Positions 11,891 through 32,213 of a stretch of 64,000 bases of DNA are shown here, one piece after another. A model generated the notes under the pieces. The model saw only the letters and a program-made list of their open reading frames with translations, made no database searches and was not told the origin of the DNA. Source of the stretch: the human T2T-CHM13v2.0 reference genome, Homo sapiens; the NCBI RefSeq assembly GCF_009914755.1, contig NC_060925.1; one strand, given 5' to 3'. The position numbers and the translations under genes were made by a program. Each line of letters starts with the position of its first letter. Positions within the stretch are counted from its first letter, which is position 1.

Positions 11891-13494
11891 ATTCAGTGTA
11901 TTAAATGCATTGTGTTTATTGATATACCCCATTAGTTTAATCATATTCCCTCACACTTTATGTTATTACCTTTATTTTAATTGCCATTTTTAAATTTTTG
12001 TGATGAACAAATAAAATTGTATATATTATGTACAATGTGATATTTTAAAATATGTATATTGTGTGGAATGGGTAAATTGAGGTAATTAACATATGCATCA
12101 CCTCACATATAATTCTTTGCAGTAAGACAAAATCTACTCTGCCTTTATTTCGAAAATATTTCATTGTGTGGTATTTAATATTTTCTATTTAACAAAATGT
12201 GTATATTCCATTATGTACAAATACCTATGCATAAAACATTTTATAAGACTAAAATATCCTTAATTTCCCTCTTTACACAGTATCTACTAGTTTCCTAGCA
12301 TAAGGAAGAACAGAAAATATTTCAGAAGATATGTCTATTCTCCTTTCCTTCATCATTCAATTGTAGCCAATATGTTTACACTAGTGCTTATCACTATTTC
12401 TTTACACTTGCTTTTATATTTTCTCCGTCATCTTTATTATTTTACAATCACTCACAAGCCACAGAGCAGCCATTCAGCTTCGTCCCCATCACTCCCTTTA
12501 AGTTCTCTCCTGACTCAGGGTGATTCCCATTTCACATCTTTCTGTTGGCCGATTGTCGTCTCTTTTTAGTGGGTCATCAGTTCTCTGAACCGTCATATTT
12601 CTGTTTTAAAATGTTTTCTCATTTATAAAACTGCTTTATTAAGGATTTGGGGTTGTAGAGTATTTGAAGTTTATATCAGTATTTAGCTCTGATTTAAGGC
12701 AATAATTTTGGGTGGATTTATTTTTTTTCTATAGTATTTTTGGAAAGACGTTGCATTTTCTAATTTCATTTTTCAGAATTTGATTTGCCTTTCCAGTTGT
12801 TACCAGGTGGATTGCATAGGGCTTGCAGGCATTGGGGAATATTCTTGTTTCTCAAGCCCTACAGCTTCATTGTATGCATTCCTGCTGTCTTCTCCATGTT
12901 CATTTCTACCACCTTCCTATTCGTGGTTATGCCTGGGATGGTGACCCCCTTAGTTTAGGCAAGATTGTCCTGTTATCTCCACCACTTCTTTCCCAGGTAT
13001 ACTCCCTGCATCTATCTCTTCAATAATCCTCAGATTGCTACCTGGCTCCGTGTTCATCAGGCTTGGGTATAGCAGTTTACACTTGTGAGAGGACCCTCTC
13101 CTTCTTGGGGAATAATATTTCCTGGTATTTTTTATCATTACCACCACCAGTGACCTTGACTGGGTCTCTTCTCTGCCGGACTTCCTGCTTCCAATATGGA
13201 GTTTCTGTACCAATTCTGATGAGTGTCCGTGACTTTCTTCCCCTTCCTTACGTGTAATTTATAGTTGATGGATTGCCTTTGTCTCCTGATTTCAGTGAAG
13301 GAATCATTTGTGCTTTTTTCATTTTTTTTGTCTTGGATGTTTATTATATCATTGGAGAATTAAAGTAGGATAAAAAGATTGGAAGACTATCTAAAAGTTT
13401 GTATCAGCAACTAGGACTCCCTTATGTATGTTTGAACAGTTTTGTTCTGTTTGCTTTTGTGAGAAATGAGATGAATTGATGTGCAAAGTGTTAT

Positions 13495-14450
13495 TAGTTA
13501 GGGTGCCTCAATATAGGCCCAGGAAACATTGGAACACCAAAATGGATGGAGCAGACATGAGCAGAACACAAAAAAGAAATAAACAGCAATATGATAATAG
13601 TAGGGGATTATAATACCCCACTCTCAACACTCATAAACAACAAATGGACCCAAAAATAAAGACAATTTAAAAATATCCTGAGACAAACAAAAATGAACAA
13701 ATAACATACCAAATTACGGGGTGCAGCAAAAGTAGTTCTGATAGCTACCGAGACAGAGAAATGATCCCAAATAAGCAACCTAACTTGGCACTCTGGGAAT
13801 TAGAAAAGAAGAAAAAAGCCAAAAGTTAGAAGAAAGAAGAAAGTTATAAAGGTTAGAGCAGAATTAAACAGATAAGAAAGACAAAAGAAAAGATCAGTAA
13901 CACGAGGAGTTGGTTCTGTAAAAACGTGAGGAAAATTGGCAAACCTTTAGGTAGACAAACCAAGAAAACTAAGAGAGATGACTCAAATAAAACTATAAGT
14001 AAAACAGGAGAAATTAGTCAATACTACCAAAATACAAAGGGTCATAAGAGATTATCATGACCAATTATGTCAATAAATTGAGTAACGTAGAAGAAATGGA
14101 TAAATTCTTAGACATGTATGTCCTGAAGAAAGAATAAACCTGAACAAATTAATAACTAGTACAGAGATTAAATCACCAATAATAATAATAATAAACTTAA
14201 AAGTTCAGGACTTGATGCTTTTACTGGTGATTGCTACCAAATATCTAAAGACAGATTAATGCTATTCTCAAACTTTTCCAAACAATTAAAAAGGGTGCAC
14301 TTTCCAACACATTTTTTCATGCATTACCCTAACACCAATGTCAGACAAGGACGGTATAAGAAAATTACAGGCCAATTTATTTTATGATCATGGATGTAAA
14401 GATTCTCAACACTAGCAAACTGAATTCAATACGTTCAAAAGATCATTTAG
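13495..14450 (+). mobile_element. Old L1 ORF2 fragment; mirror ~41037-41990
   Basis: gaagaaatggataaattcttagac and related ORF2 strings, A-rich. Confidence 0.75.
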
Positions 14451-14654
14451 TTGAATGTTTTCTTTCTTCTGAAATTCTTCATTTTGCTTCCAAATGTCAT
14501 TTTTCCTTATATTTTATTTTTTCATTAATCAAATTTAATTTTAAAATTTCCAACTAAAAAAATCTGTGGGTTTAATAAACATATTTTTAATTAACATTTA
14601 AAAAAAGCACAAGTTTGTAAATTGTATATTTTCTGTCCATTAGATTTTGGTTTG

Positions 14655-14845
14655 AGTATTGGGCCAATTGCACGGTAAGCTTTTTAATTTTTTTCCAGAA
14701 GTAATCCCAGGACCTTAAATCTCCACTGAAACTCTTGAAGTTTAATTGGTCAGCTGGGATTGTAGTCCCTGGGGTGTTGAAAGCATAAATAAGCCATACC
14801 TTAAGTCTGGACCATTTATCCCTGTAGGGAGTCCCTCTTCTCCTC
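14655..14845 (+). promoter_or_regulatory. Mirror copy of candidate OR promoter
   Basis: TAATTG 14743-14748, TCCCTGGGG 14766-14774, CATAAATAA 14784-14792. Confidence 0.4.
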
Positions 14846-15777
14846 TGTTCTCTTTCAGAACTACTTATTACTTTAGGTTCAGTGTATGTAGCATATGGTG
14901 ACTCTATGGGTTTCAGTTTTCTGAACCCCAAATATGCAAAAATATAGAAAAAGCAGACCAGACATCCCACCTTCTGTGTGCCACTAAGGGAGCATCTCTT
15001 CCTCTTTCTCCCCTAATAAGTTGTATATTATTTTCTCAGTATTTTAATTTTTTGCTATTTATATTATCTGAGATTTATCATTGGAATCATACAAATATTA
15101 AACCAGGAAAGATCACCCAGGAAGAAATTGAGATCACCCACAATATCAGGTATTCTAAAACATGTTATATGAAAATTGTAATAATTTAAAGCATGAATCA
15201 CAAATCTTGCAGGTAGAAATGTCAACATATTTCTTAATTTTTTTAAGGAAGAGCAACTTGGATGAATATATGGATGTAAACTTGCTGATCAACTACAGCC
15301 AAAAATTACATTGTAATTGTAACGTGTCCCTAAACTCGACCCATTACCAATCCTGATAAGTCTGTGCTTAGGATTATGCAGATTTTCAAAGGATTGAAAT
15401 GTAGTTGCCTTTTCCAAATCTTGACTAGCTTGTCTGACAAGGTAGGATCATGTCAAGTAGATTGGACTGAGGTGATCCCTTTATTTTAAAGAGCAGTCTT
15501 TGGCAAACACTGATACTAGAAACTGATATGATTTTGCTCTTGTTGATGAATTTTACTTATTATAAATATGTTTTTTAAAAACCAGGGAAGGAAACATAAT
15601 CTTAAAACCACTCATTTGTGTCCATCCACATTATACTGTAGAGAAGACTGACTTTTTTTTCAGGTGATTATTGTAGCAAAACATTTTAAGTTTTATTGAG
15701 ATCGTTTGTCATGTCTAAATTTGTTCATCATAATATATCCTGAGCTTAGTTCAGTGCCTGGCTCATGATAAATTTTA

Positions 15778-15930
15778 TTTATTTAGTGTGGTGAGAGCAC
15801 TTAACAGGAAATTTACCCTCTTACACTTTTTCAGTGCACGATTCAGTATTGTGAACTCCAGGCACGGTGCTGCACAGCCAATCTCTAGGACTTCTTCATC
15901 TTGTGTCACTGAAACCTTATACCCATTGCA
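15778..15930 (-). mobile_element. L1MB-like 3' end fragment; mirror ~39560-39712
   Basis: tgtggtgagagcacttaaca...atctctaggactt...actgaaaccttatacccatt. Confidence 0.65.
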
Positions 15931-17149
15931 CAGTAGATCAAGAGAAGAAATACTTGATACACGGCACAAGACCTATAGAACACGCAGGGAAAACTTCTTC
16001 TGGCATCAGAAAACCTGTTCATTGCTGAGTTCATTCATTATATTCACCTCCTTACACCACAATGCTAACCCATGAATCTAACTGGCTGTGACAAAACTGT
16101 CTTTCATAAACCTACAGACTTTAAGATTTATGGAAAGAGAAAGACCTGTGGCATCCTAGAATTCTAACATCCACTCTTGGATCATCATGACCACTTAGCA
16201 GAGCTTTGCATTGAATTCCAGATAAAGAATATCAAACTCAAGGATATAGCAGCTCTTGAATAATGGGAAAGATAAATGAAGTGTTTGGCAAGTAGAAAGA
16301 TAATCATGAAGTTCAGTCATTAAAGTCTCGCCCTGAACAAATGCCATGGACTTGACATCATAAAAAACATAAAATAGGTATAAGTCAAAAATGTTTATTT
16401 TGGGAAATTATATTTAAATCAAAATCAAAAATATACTCATCTGAAAGACAACAGAAAGTTCTGTCACCAAGGGAAATAAAACTCTAATTACCAAAACAAA
16501 ATGTAAACAAAATAAAACTTACATAAATATATACATTCATGCATTCAAAAGAAGTTGCATAGAATTTTATTTAGCCATATCTCAGTATTTTGGAATTTTG
16601 CAAACACCAAGAGTCGCAATAATAATACATAATCTTCGTCTCTCACTCTGTTATTTTTTCCTCAAGCTTGGGAAAGATAATGTGTGAGTGGATAGAGTGA
16701 TTTTGGGGATCGGGATGAGACAGTTCTGCTTAAGGCAACTTCTCTTAGGATGGCAGGAGGTAGCAAGAGAAGAAAAGGCAGAATAACCATTACAGTTTAC
16801 ACCATATTTATAGCTATAATGCCTTAATATAATATGAAGTAATTACTTTCAATTACTTTTTAATAACAGAGATATATACAATATATATTCTTTAAAATGG
16901 TTATCTAAAAGTTTAAGAAATTAAAAAACCTTAATCTTAGAAATTATCTAGAAATTTAAATTTCTGAATTATAGGTAAATGTATTATAATTTTCTTTTTT
17001 CAAATAAGCCTTACAAATATTTTCAATATTGATACTGTTTCATTTTAAATGTGCCACTAACATGATGCTGTCATTTCATTGTCATTCTAGCAGTAAGGAT
17101 TCTGAGTCCTTAGCACTCTGTTTGACCCAGCCTCTCCTTCCAGGAAATG

Positions 17150-17501
17150 ACTAAATATACTCATTCAGAGCATATTTATTTTTGAGCATCTACTTTGGGG
17201 CTACCACTGTGTTAGGCTTTCAGCAGACACCAGTGATAAAAATAAGCAAAATGTCTCATCTTATTAATATGACACTATATTGTGGAAAAGAGAAACAATT
17301 GTAAAAAATATGTTCAAGATTGTTAATTTTATGAAGAAAAATAAGACAGCATAAGGGACAGATCAGTCATTTTTATTCATTGGTCATTGAAATCTTTTCT
17401 GATAATCGAATAGCACAGAAGAGACCTAAAAGAACTGAAATAATGGGTTCTAGTGTATCTGGGGAAAACGACTCAAGGTAAAGGGAACCATCATCTTTTT
17501 C
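17150..17501 (-). mobile_element. LINE-2 3' fragment at inner edge of arm; mirror 37987-38340
   Basis: tcattcagagcatatttatttttgagcatctact...tatctggggaaa...agggaac resembles antisense L2a. Confidence 0.65.
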
Positions 17502-17739
17502 AGATGGCACTCAGAGCCATAAGAGGTTCAGATAGATCCACCCAGCAGTGAGTGCAGTGGGTTTTTCTAGGCAGAAAACACAGAAGAAACATCAAGAAAT
17601 CACATGATTGGCTTGCCATGTCCAAGTCCTTTTCTAATTTTGTTTTTCTTTTTAAAGCATATTTTTTGCCTGCTACCATGACTTGTAATTTTTGATGATG
17701 CTGTTGAAAGCTGATGTATTCATTTGCTATGCGTACCAT

Positions 17740-19962
17740 AGCATTCTGGTAGTTTGATGACAACCTTTGGCATTCCTTGGCTTGAAGTAGCATTACTTCA
17801 ATCTATTCCTTTATCTTCAAAAGATAATATTCCTGGGTGCATGTCCAACTTTTTTTAAATAAGGACACCAGTTTCAAAGGTAAAGCCCAGACACTGGTTA
17901 AGGTAGTGAGGACAGATTTTAATTAATAACATATTTTGGGGTATTTGTGGGTTTTTCACCTAAAATGTAATCTTACACAGGCTGTAGATTATATCTCTGT
18001 TTCCAGGAAGCCCCGTGTGTTGCTTTGTGTGTGCATCAGTCTCTTGAGAACCCCCTGTGAATCAGGAGGCATAAGTTCCAGTGACTATAGGGAGTCGAGG
18101 GGCTAAAGAGGTAAGTGAAACATCTGGTAGGGGTAAAAGGATGGGTATATATCAAAAGTCAGGGGTGTTTAATGGAAAAGAGGTGCATATCAAAGTGTCA
18201 GGGGAGTTCAATGGAAAAAGTTAAGATGGTAAAAGAAAGAAGGAAAAAAGAAGGAAATGGGAAGGGAGCAGTCCTATAAGAGCCACTTTAGGCAGATCTT
18301 AAGATTTTCAAATAAACCATTGCAGTTCCGAATTATCCACAGTAAAGTCATTTTGCCTAAAATAGAAGCAGACATGGTTAGTGTCATAGTATATATAGAG
18401 AGTAGGAACCCAAAAGGGGTTTAACTGTGGAGTTCCTGTGGGAAGAGTAAGTTCAAATAGAATGAAGAGGTCTCACAAGAAGCCAGAGTGAACATTCCAG
18501 CACAGGAGTTAGGAAGTGAATTCCCACTGAAAACAGGGAGCCAGGAAGATAAACAGCCAGCCCAGGAGATGTCTTTCAAAAGCAGCCTGGAATTATAACC
18601 CAGCCTTAGAGACTACACCCAGAAACATAGGAAGAAAATATGTCCTCGCCATGCCTCAGTGCAAATTTCTACACAGTGTTAGGCCAGAAGTTGAACTCGC
18701 CACCAAATACCCAAAAAAGTAAGTCAACTGAAGATGAGACAAAGGTTTCTACGCATGCAGAAAGGATTGACTGTCTTGTCCAAGGGCCAGATAAGGGTTC
18801 CAATCTGGATTTGAGTTCCAGTGCCAGATAACTGTCAAGACAAACAAAATGGAAAACTGGTTAAAGAGGTAAGAACGTGCTTTAACTAGTCATATACTAT
18901 TGAAACAGGCAAGAGTTCAGCATGAACTTAACTTTGATGTATCCAGGTTGAGGAAAATGTTAAAGGGAGTTTGAGGAAAGAGAAATGGGAGTTAGTGGGG
19001 GCTCAGGAGGGTCAGGGATGTGAGAAATTACAAATCGTGAGAAGGGGGGAGTTGGTTCCTGTGAAACCCATTTGCTTTGTTAACTGATACTTGCTGATGT
19101 TGGGCTTCTACCCTCCCACAGAGGTCAGGAGACAGCAGGCCTATCTTCAAGTCTTGGCTGGGACAAGCATGCTATAGATTGTCTGTGTACTTACATAAGT
19201 TATATGTTGAAATCTTAAACCCCAATGTGATGATATTGGGAGAGGAAGTCTTTGGGGGTTGATTAGATCATGAGTGATGAACTCATGAATGGCCTTAGTG
19301 ACCTCATAAAAGAGACTCCAGAGAGCTTTCTTGCCTCTTCTGCCATGTGAGGGCACAGCAAGAAGACCATGCTCTATAAATCAGAAAATGGGTCCTTACA
19401 GACCAAACTGGCTGGCACCTTTATTGTGGACTTTCCAATCTGTGGAAATGTGAGAAATAAGTGTTGTGTAAGGCCATGGTATTTTTGTTATAGGAACCAT
19501 GAAGACAGGCAGGTTTCAGTTTTCTCAGACAGTTCACTTTAAGGGAGACTGGGTCGTTCGTTCTAGAGATGTAGACTTGAACTGTTACCAACTATGTTCC
19601 TGTCTTTTTCAAGTTTTTATAGACCAAAGTTAAGGCTGAATTGAGAAGGCTCAGAAGACCCTGGCTAGAGTTTCGTCAAGTTTAAAATGATCGTCAACTC
19701 TGTATACATCAAAATTGAGTTCAGTGCGTGCTGGACTGTTTTCTCTGTTTCAATAGTATATGACTCATTAAAATATGTTGTTACTACTTAACTTTTTCTT
19801 CAATCATATTGGATTAGGGACACTTTCTACTAGAGTATGTTCTCATCTTCAATTAACTAATTACATCTGCAATGGTCCTATTTCCAAATAAGGGTACATT
19901 CTGAGATAGTTGGGGGTATGACTTCAATATATGAGTCTGTGGGGATACAATTCTTACCATAA
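17740..19962 (-). mobile_element. MLT1C-like MaLR LTR split (17740-17872 and ~19803-19962) by ERV1-like LTR/internal remnants
   Basis: tttggcattccttggcttg...taaggacaccagt resumes as tcatattggattaggg...ttacatctgcaatg.cctatttccaaataagg; intervening DNA has three related LTR-terminus-like segments. Confidence 0.6.
19170..19507 (+). mobile_element. MaLR solo LTR (MLT1A/MST-like)
   Basis: tgctatag...tatgttgaaatctta.accccaatgtgat...gccatgtgagggcacagcaagaag...gtgagaaataa...ggtatttttgttatag. Confidence 0.8.
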
Positions 19963-20820
19963 TTTACATGATGTGTTAGGTAAAGATAAACAGGCGTTTA
20001 GTGTGAAGTTTATGTTTATGTGTTAGGCTATGTTTATCGCTAGTTTTACCTCTGATGTCAGAGGCCATAATTTGCTCTAGTGTTCTTATTTTTGTGTCCT
20101 CTGTTATCTTTGGCTTTTCTACAGGTTCATTGTTAAACAGGATTTGAGGCTTGTCATCCTTCCATGTGCATCCTCTGTTATCATACATGAGATATTTTAA
20201 TGTGTTTGTCAGTGTGGAAGGGAGAGAAATCATTCTATAGTCCTACAAATTGGTCTGAATCTATTTGCCAGCATGTGTTCTTGGACTGCAACCTTCAAAG
20301 AGCTTCTTAACATCCCCTGCCCACCCCCACATAGGTGTGACACAGGTTAGAAGGACCTGGAGTTGGGTATTTTCCTTCTAGCATATTGGTTAGCCTGTGG
20401 TAAAACCCCAGTAATATGGCAGCCTCTGTTAAATAGTTTATTTTTTTTAATTATACTTTAAGTTCTAGGGTACATGTACACAACGTGCAGGTTTGTTACA
20501 TATGTATACATGTGCCATGTTGGTGTGCTACACCCATTAACTCGTCATTTACATTAGGTATATGTCCTAATGCTATCCCTCCCTCCTCCCCCCACCCCAC
20601 AACAGGCCCTGGTGTGTGATGTCCCCCTTCCTGTGTCCAGGTGTTCTTATTGTTCAATTCCCACCTATAAGTGAGAACATGCGATGTTTGGTTTTTTGTT
20701 TTGCAATAGTTTGCTGAGAATGATGGTTTCCAGCTTCATCCATCTCCCTACAAAGGACAAGAACTCATCATTTTTTAAGGCTGCAGAGTATTCCATGGTG
20801 TATATGTGCCACATTTTCTT

Positions 20821-26836
<6,016 letters not shown>

Positions 26837-27580
26837 GCCACATTTTCTTAATCCACTTTATCATTGTTGGACATTTGGGTTGGTTCCAGGTCTTTGCTAT
26901 TGTGAATACTGCTGCAGTAAACATACATGTGCATGTGTCTTTATAGCAGCATGATTTATAATCCTTTGGGTATATACCCAGTAATGGGATGGCTGGGTCA
27001 AATGGTATTTCTAGTTCTAGATACCTGAGGAATCACCACACTGTTTTCCACAATGGTTGAACCAGTTTACAGTCCCACCAACAGTGTAAAAGTGTTCCTA
27101 TTTCTCCACATCCTCTCCAGCACCTGTTTGCTCAATGAAATAAAAGAGGATACAAACAAATGGAAGAACATTCCATGCTCATGGATAGGAAGAAGAAATA
27201 CCATGAAAATGGCCATACTGCCCAAGGTAATTTATAGATTCAATGCCATCCCCATCAAGCTACCAATGACTTTCTTCACAGAATTGGAAAAAACTAAAGT
27301 TCATATGGAACCAAAAAAGAGCCTGCATCACCAAATCAATCCTAAGCCAAGAGAACAAAGCTGGAGGCATCATGCTACCTAACTTTAAACTATACTACAA
27401 GGCTACAGTAACCAAAATAGCATGGCACTGGTACCAAAACAGAGAGATAGACCAATGGAACAGAACAGAACCCTCCGAAATAATACCACACATCTTCAAC
27501 TATCTGATCTTTGACAAACCTGACAAAACAAGAAATAGGGAAAGGATTCCCTATTTAACAAATGGTGCTGGGAAAACTGA

Positions 27581-28099
<519 letters not shown>

Positions 28100-28673
28100 T
28101 AGAATGGCAATCATTAAATAGTTACTACTGAGATCAGGTTATGGTGAACAGAGAGCTCTGGGCATATTTCAAATGTTTATTTTCTCCTCTCTCTGCCAAA
28201 GCAAAAGGGAATTTCTCTCTACTTTGCACAGTGAGAAGCTGTTGAGACTCCTGAAGGTAAAAATCATGAGTATAGGGAGGATTTCCTAAGACTGGGGCTC
28301 AACATTGTTTTTATTTGTCAAGTTAGTTCACATGAGCTTCCAGCAATTGATAAATTCAACTTTAAGTATCCCTATGGTACCAGCCCCAGCTGCTGATTAC
28401 TGTTCCAGGACATTTATTGAAGAAACTCTCCTTTCCCCAGTGTATGTTCTTGGCACCTTTGTCAAAAATCAGTTGGCTGTAAATACATGAATCTATTTCT
28501 AGGTTCTCCATTCTGTTCTATTGGCCCATGTGTCTGTTTTTATGCCAATACCAGGCTGTTTTGGTAACTATAACTTGGTAGTATATTTTGAAGTCTAGTA
28601 ATGTGATGGCTCCAGCTTTTTTCCTCTTTTTGCTCAGGATAGCTTTGGCCATTCTGTGTTGCTTTTATTATAA

Positions 28674-29059
<386 letters not shown>

Positions 29060-30729
29060 TAAGATTAATATTTTTATGTGTGAATTTGATCTTGTCATCG
29101 TGATGCTAGCTGGTTATTTTGCACATTAGGTAATGCAGTTTCTTCACAGTATCATTGGTCTTTATATTTTGGTGTTTTTTTGTAGTAGCTGGTACTTGTC
29201 TTTTTACTGACCATTTGGGTTAGGGTTTAAATAGTAAGTGCCTCCCATTTTTCTTCTCTGAGCTCTGGTCCTATATGGTTTTTGTTTTTCATGAATTCAT
29301 TAATATTTGTTATGTAAAATTTTATTTTTTTCTTAAAAATATCTTTTAAAAAAAATTCATGGTGTTTGGAGTGGTGGAACCATATACTTATTACAGCATT
29401 CTCATTGTATAGTTTTTAAATAATTGCAATACTGAATGGTCATTTAACTAAGTGATAGTTTTTTTCTTGGCGCATCCTTTGAAAACGTGTTCTGCAGATC
29501 AAGCTAGTAATGTGTGCAAATTGACTGATGTGTACCTGTTTTAGATTTACTAATTGTATTTATAAAATACATTATAAGTACATAATTATAAGCATTCACA
29601 AACAAAAGTATGCTCAATGTAGGTATTTAAAAAAGAGAAACTACTCATGTTATTCAATTATAGGGAAGATTTTTAATAAATGGTGGATATTTTTTAGATT
29701 AATCAGAAAAATGCTCACATTATAAATAAAAATAGTATGAAATTATACATGTATGATGATTATAAAAGCAGTATAAACATATCCATATCATAGGAAAGCT
29801 CTAAATTCAAGAAAGTAGTAACAGGATTTTATTTTCAAATGTGTTCCCATTTTCATCTGCAGTTAAGTAGTTTTTTTAGGTTGCTTTGCCTATGTTATAT
29901 CTATTATTTTCTGGTTTCCTTTTGGGTGCAAATAACTTACAGCTAAAGATGCTAATTTCAGCAATAAGCAGATATTCTATTTTTTTCTGAATTATGTTTG
30001 AATTTATTGTATACAGTAATAATTTGATTTTATTTTCAGTGGGATTTGTATTCCATATTACCTTAAATGGATGTGAGTTTGTCTTTGAAAATGGTTGCTT
30101 CACAATTCATATGTAGGTTTTTCTACATATTGTGTTCATGTCATTGCTTTACACATGGTTGTCTTTTCACCTGGAGCTATTTCTTTCCTTTAAATGCCAC
30201 ATCTTTTGCCCTGGGGCCATATTCCATGTAAATTGATTGAGACTCTGACACAGGTACATTCTTTCCTATGCTGTGTTGCTCGGGTTATCAGGAATAATGC
30301 ATTTGTACATGTGACGCTTCCTGTAGAACTACTTCTCTACTTGCATATTGTAAATAAAAGCATGTGCTCCTCAGCATGTTCTGCTCAGTTCCCAACTCTC
30401 CTCTCCATTACTGGAGGAGGAAAATCACATAAGAATATCCTAAAAGACAAATTTAACCAGGCTTCTTTTCCCTCGTTTTTGTTAAATTGGATATTCATCA
30501 TTTTGTTTGCTAAAAGTATATTGAAGAGGTGCCAGCTGGACAGGGTATTTGTGAAGAGGCAGCCTGAGTCATTAGTGAATTCTCCTGATGCCTTTTTGTT
30601 CTTGTGTGCGCAGCCATTTTGCCTTCAGTCCAGGCTTTGGTAGGAGAGGCAGGTCCAAACGTTATCCTTAACATTCGTAGACAGGCTACAATATTCTCAC
30701 ACCAGGATGAATTATTATAAATCTGAATG

Positions 30730-30848
30730 TTGGAAGGCTGAGGCAGAGGGATCACTTAAACCCAGGAGGTCAAGGCTGCAGTGAGCCATGATTGAGCCAC
30801 TGCACTCCAGCCTGGGCAACAGAGCAAGACCCTGTCCAAAAAAGAAAA
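30730..30848 (+). mobile_element. Truncated old Alu monomer (FLAM/FRAM/AluJ-like)
   Basis: ggaaggctgaggcagagggatcactt...gcactccagcctgggcaacagagcaagaccctgtc plus A tail. Confidence 0.85.
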
Positions 30849-31913
30849 GTCTAAATCACTTGAAAATTCCACTTCCACCCCAGATTCTGCCTGCATTTTA
30901 CTCTTCATTTGCATTGATGTTTTCATGCTTTTTTCATGTGTATCATAATGAGAATATGAAGTAAAATTACAACCACAGATTAAATCACTTTTTTCTATAA
31001 TTGCACAGTTCTCTTAAAATACTTGAGGTTGACGAATTGATGAAGTTCAATCGTTTTGGGAAAAGAAAGCAAGAAAGAGGCTGAGACACACAAAGATACA
31101 CAGAGAGATAGAGACAGAGAATTAAATCAGAAAGTAAAAGTTTGGTCAAATATAAGAATACATTTATTAAAATGCTTCTAAATATTTCATTTTTTTTGCT
31201 GTTTTGGAAACCAAACATATAACTATGATCGTTAACGTGAGACAGTGTGTGGGATTCACATTTCAAATTTTTGAAGTATAAAATTACATAAGTAACTGTT
31301 TTCCAGAGTTTAAGGCCAAAAACAATAACTTATTTTATGAATTTTGTATAAATGTTAAAACACATTTTAGTATATGGCAATTTTACTCAACTTTTAATCA
31401 ATCTCCTTAATTCAAGTTTGCTTATTTGATTCCTCTAATAAAATATTAGTCATTATTTGCATCCCACAATTCTGTGGAACCAAAGCATCACAACTCTTAA
31501 TATTTGTGTTTCTCGTGTTGTAAATAAGCCAATAGAGTGGGATGGTTCCATTCTCCAGTTAAAAGTGACATATTCTGGGAAAATGGTCATGTATTTTTTC
31601 AGTCTGTTATATACATTGCTTTGCCTAGTTAGAGATATATGTATACATATATCTCAAATGTGAAATGTAGAAATGGTAGTGTGGATCAAGTGCTATGGAA
31701 ACATATTATGAAACAGTTAATTCTGCACAAGGATGAGAAGGATGGTGTTTCAGGACAGCTAGTGAGTGCAGGTGACATTTCAGCTGAGTTTTGAAGCATT
31801 AGTAGAAGTCTATCAGATGGGCTGGCACATTAGAAGGAAATAATGGATACATGAACCTTGATGGCAGGTGGACGAAGGACAAACATTTTTTTCCAGATAG
31901 AACACAGGGTCTT

Positions 31914-32213
31914 GGATTGACAAGAGGAATGTCTGGGAGGATGAACCCTCATGCTGCTTTGGTGTGTTTCTCTTCTTTAGAATTCCAATGCTTCCTAGTC
32001 CCTGTGGCTTTGGGATTGACAAGAGGAATGTCTGGGGAGGATGAATCCTCACGCTGCCTTGAGGTGTTTCCCTTCTTTAGAATTCCAATGCTTCCTAGTC
32101 CCTGTGGCTTTGGGATTGACAAGAGGAATGTCTGGGGAGGATGAACCCTCACTCTGCCTTGAGGTGTTTCCCTTGTTTAGAATTCCAGGTGTTTCCTAGT
32201 CCTTGTGGCTTTG
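31914..32213. repeat. Tandem repeat, 3 x ~100 bp, overlapping OR2G6 stop codon
   Basis: Units start ggattgacaagaggaatgtctggg at 31914, 32013, 32113. Confidence 0.95.

Noticed and set aside
14587-14970. 127-aa ORF
   Set aside because: Non-ATG start, no motif, and not preserved as an ORF in the mirror arm.
30194-30643. 149-aa ORF in the spacer
   Set aside because: No recognisable motif or family similarity; compatible with chance.
31914-32213. CRISPR-like array
   Set aside because: Head-to-tail units with no unique spacers, in eukaryotic DNA.
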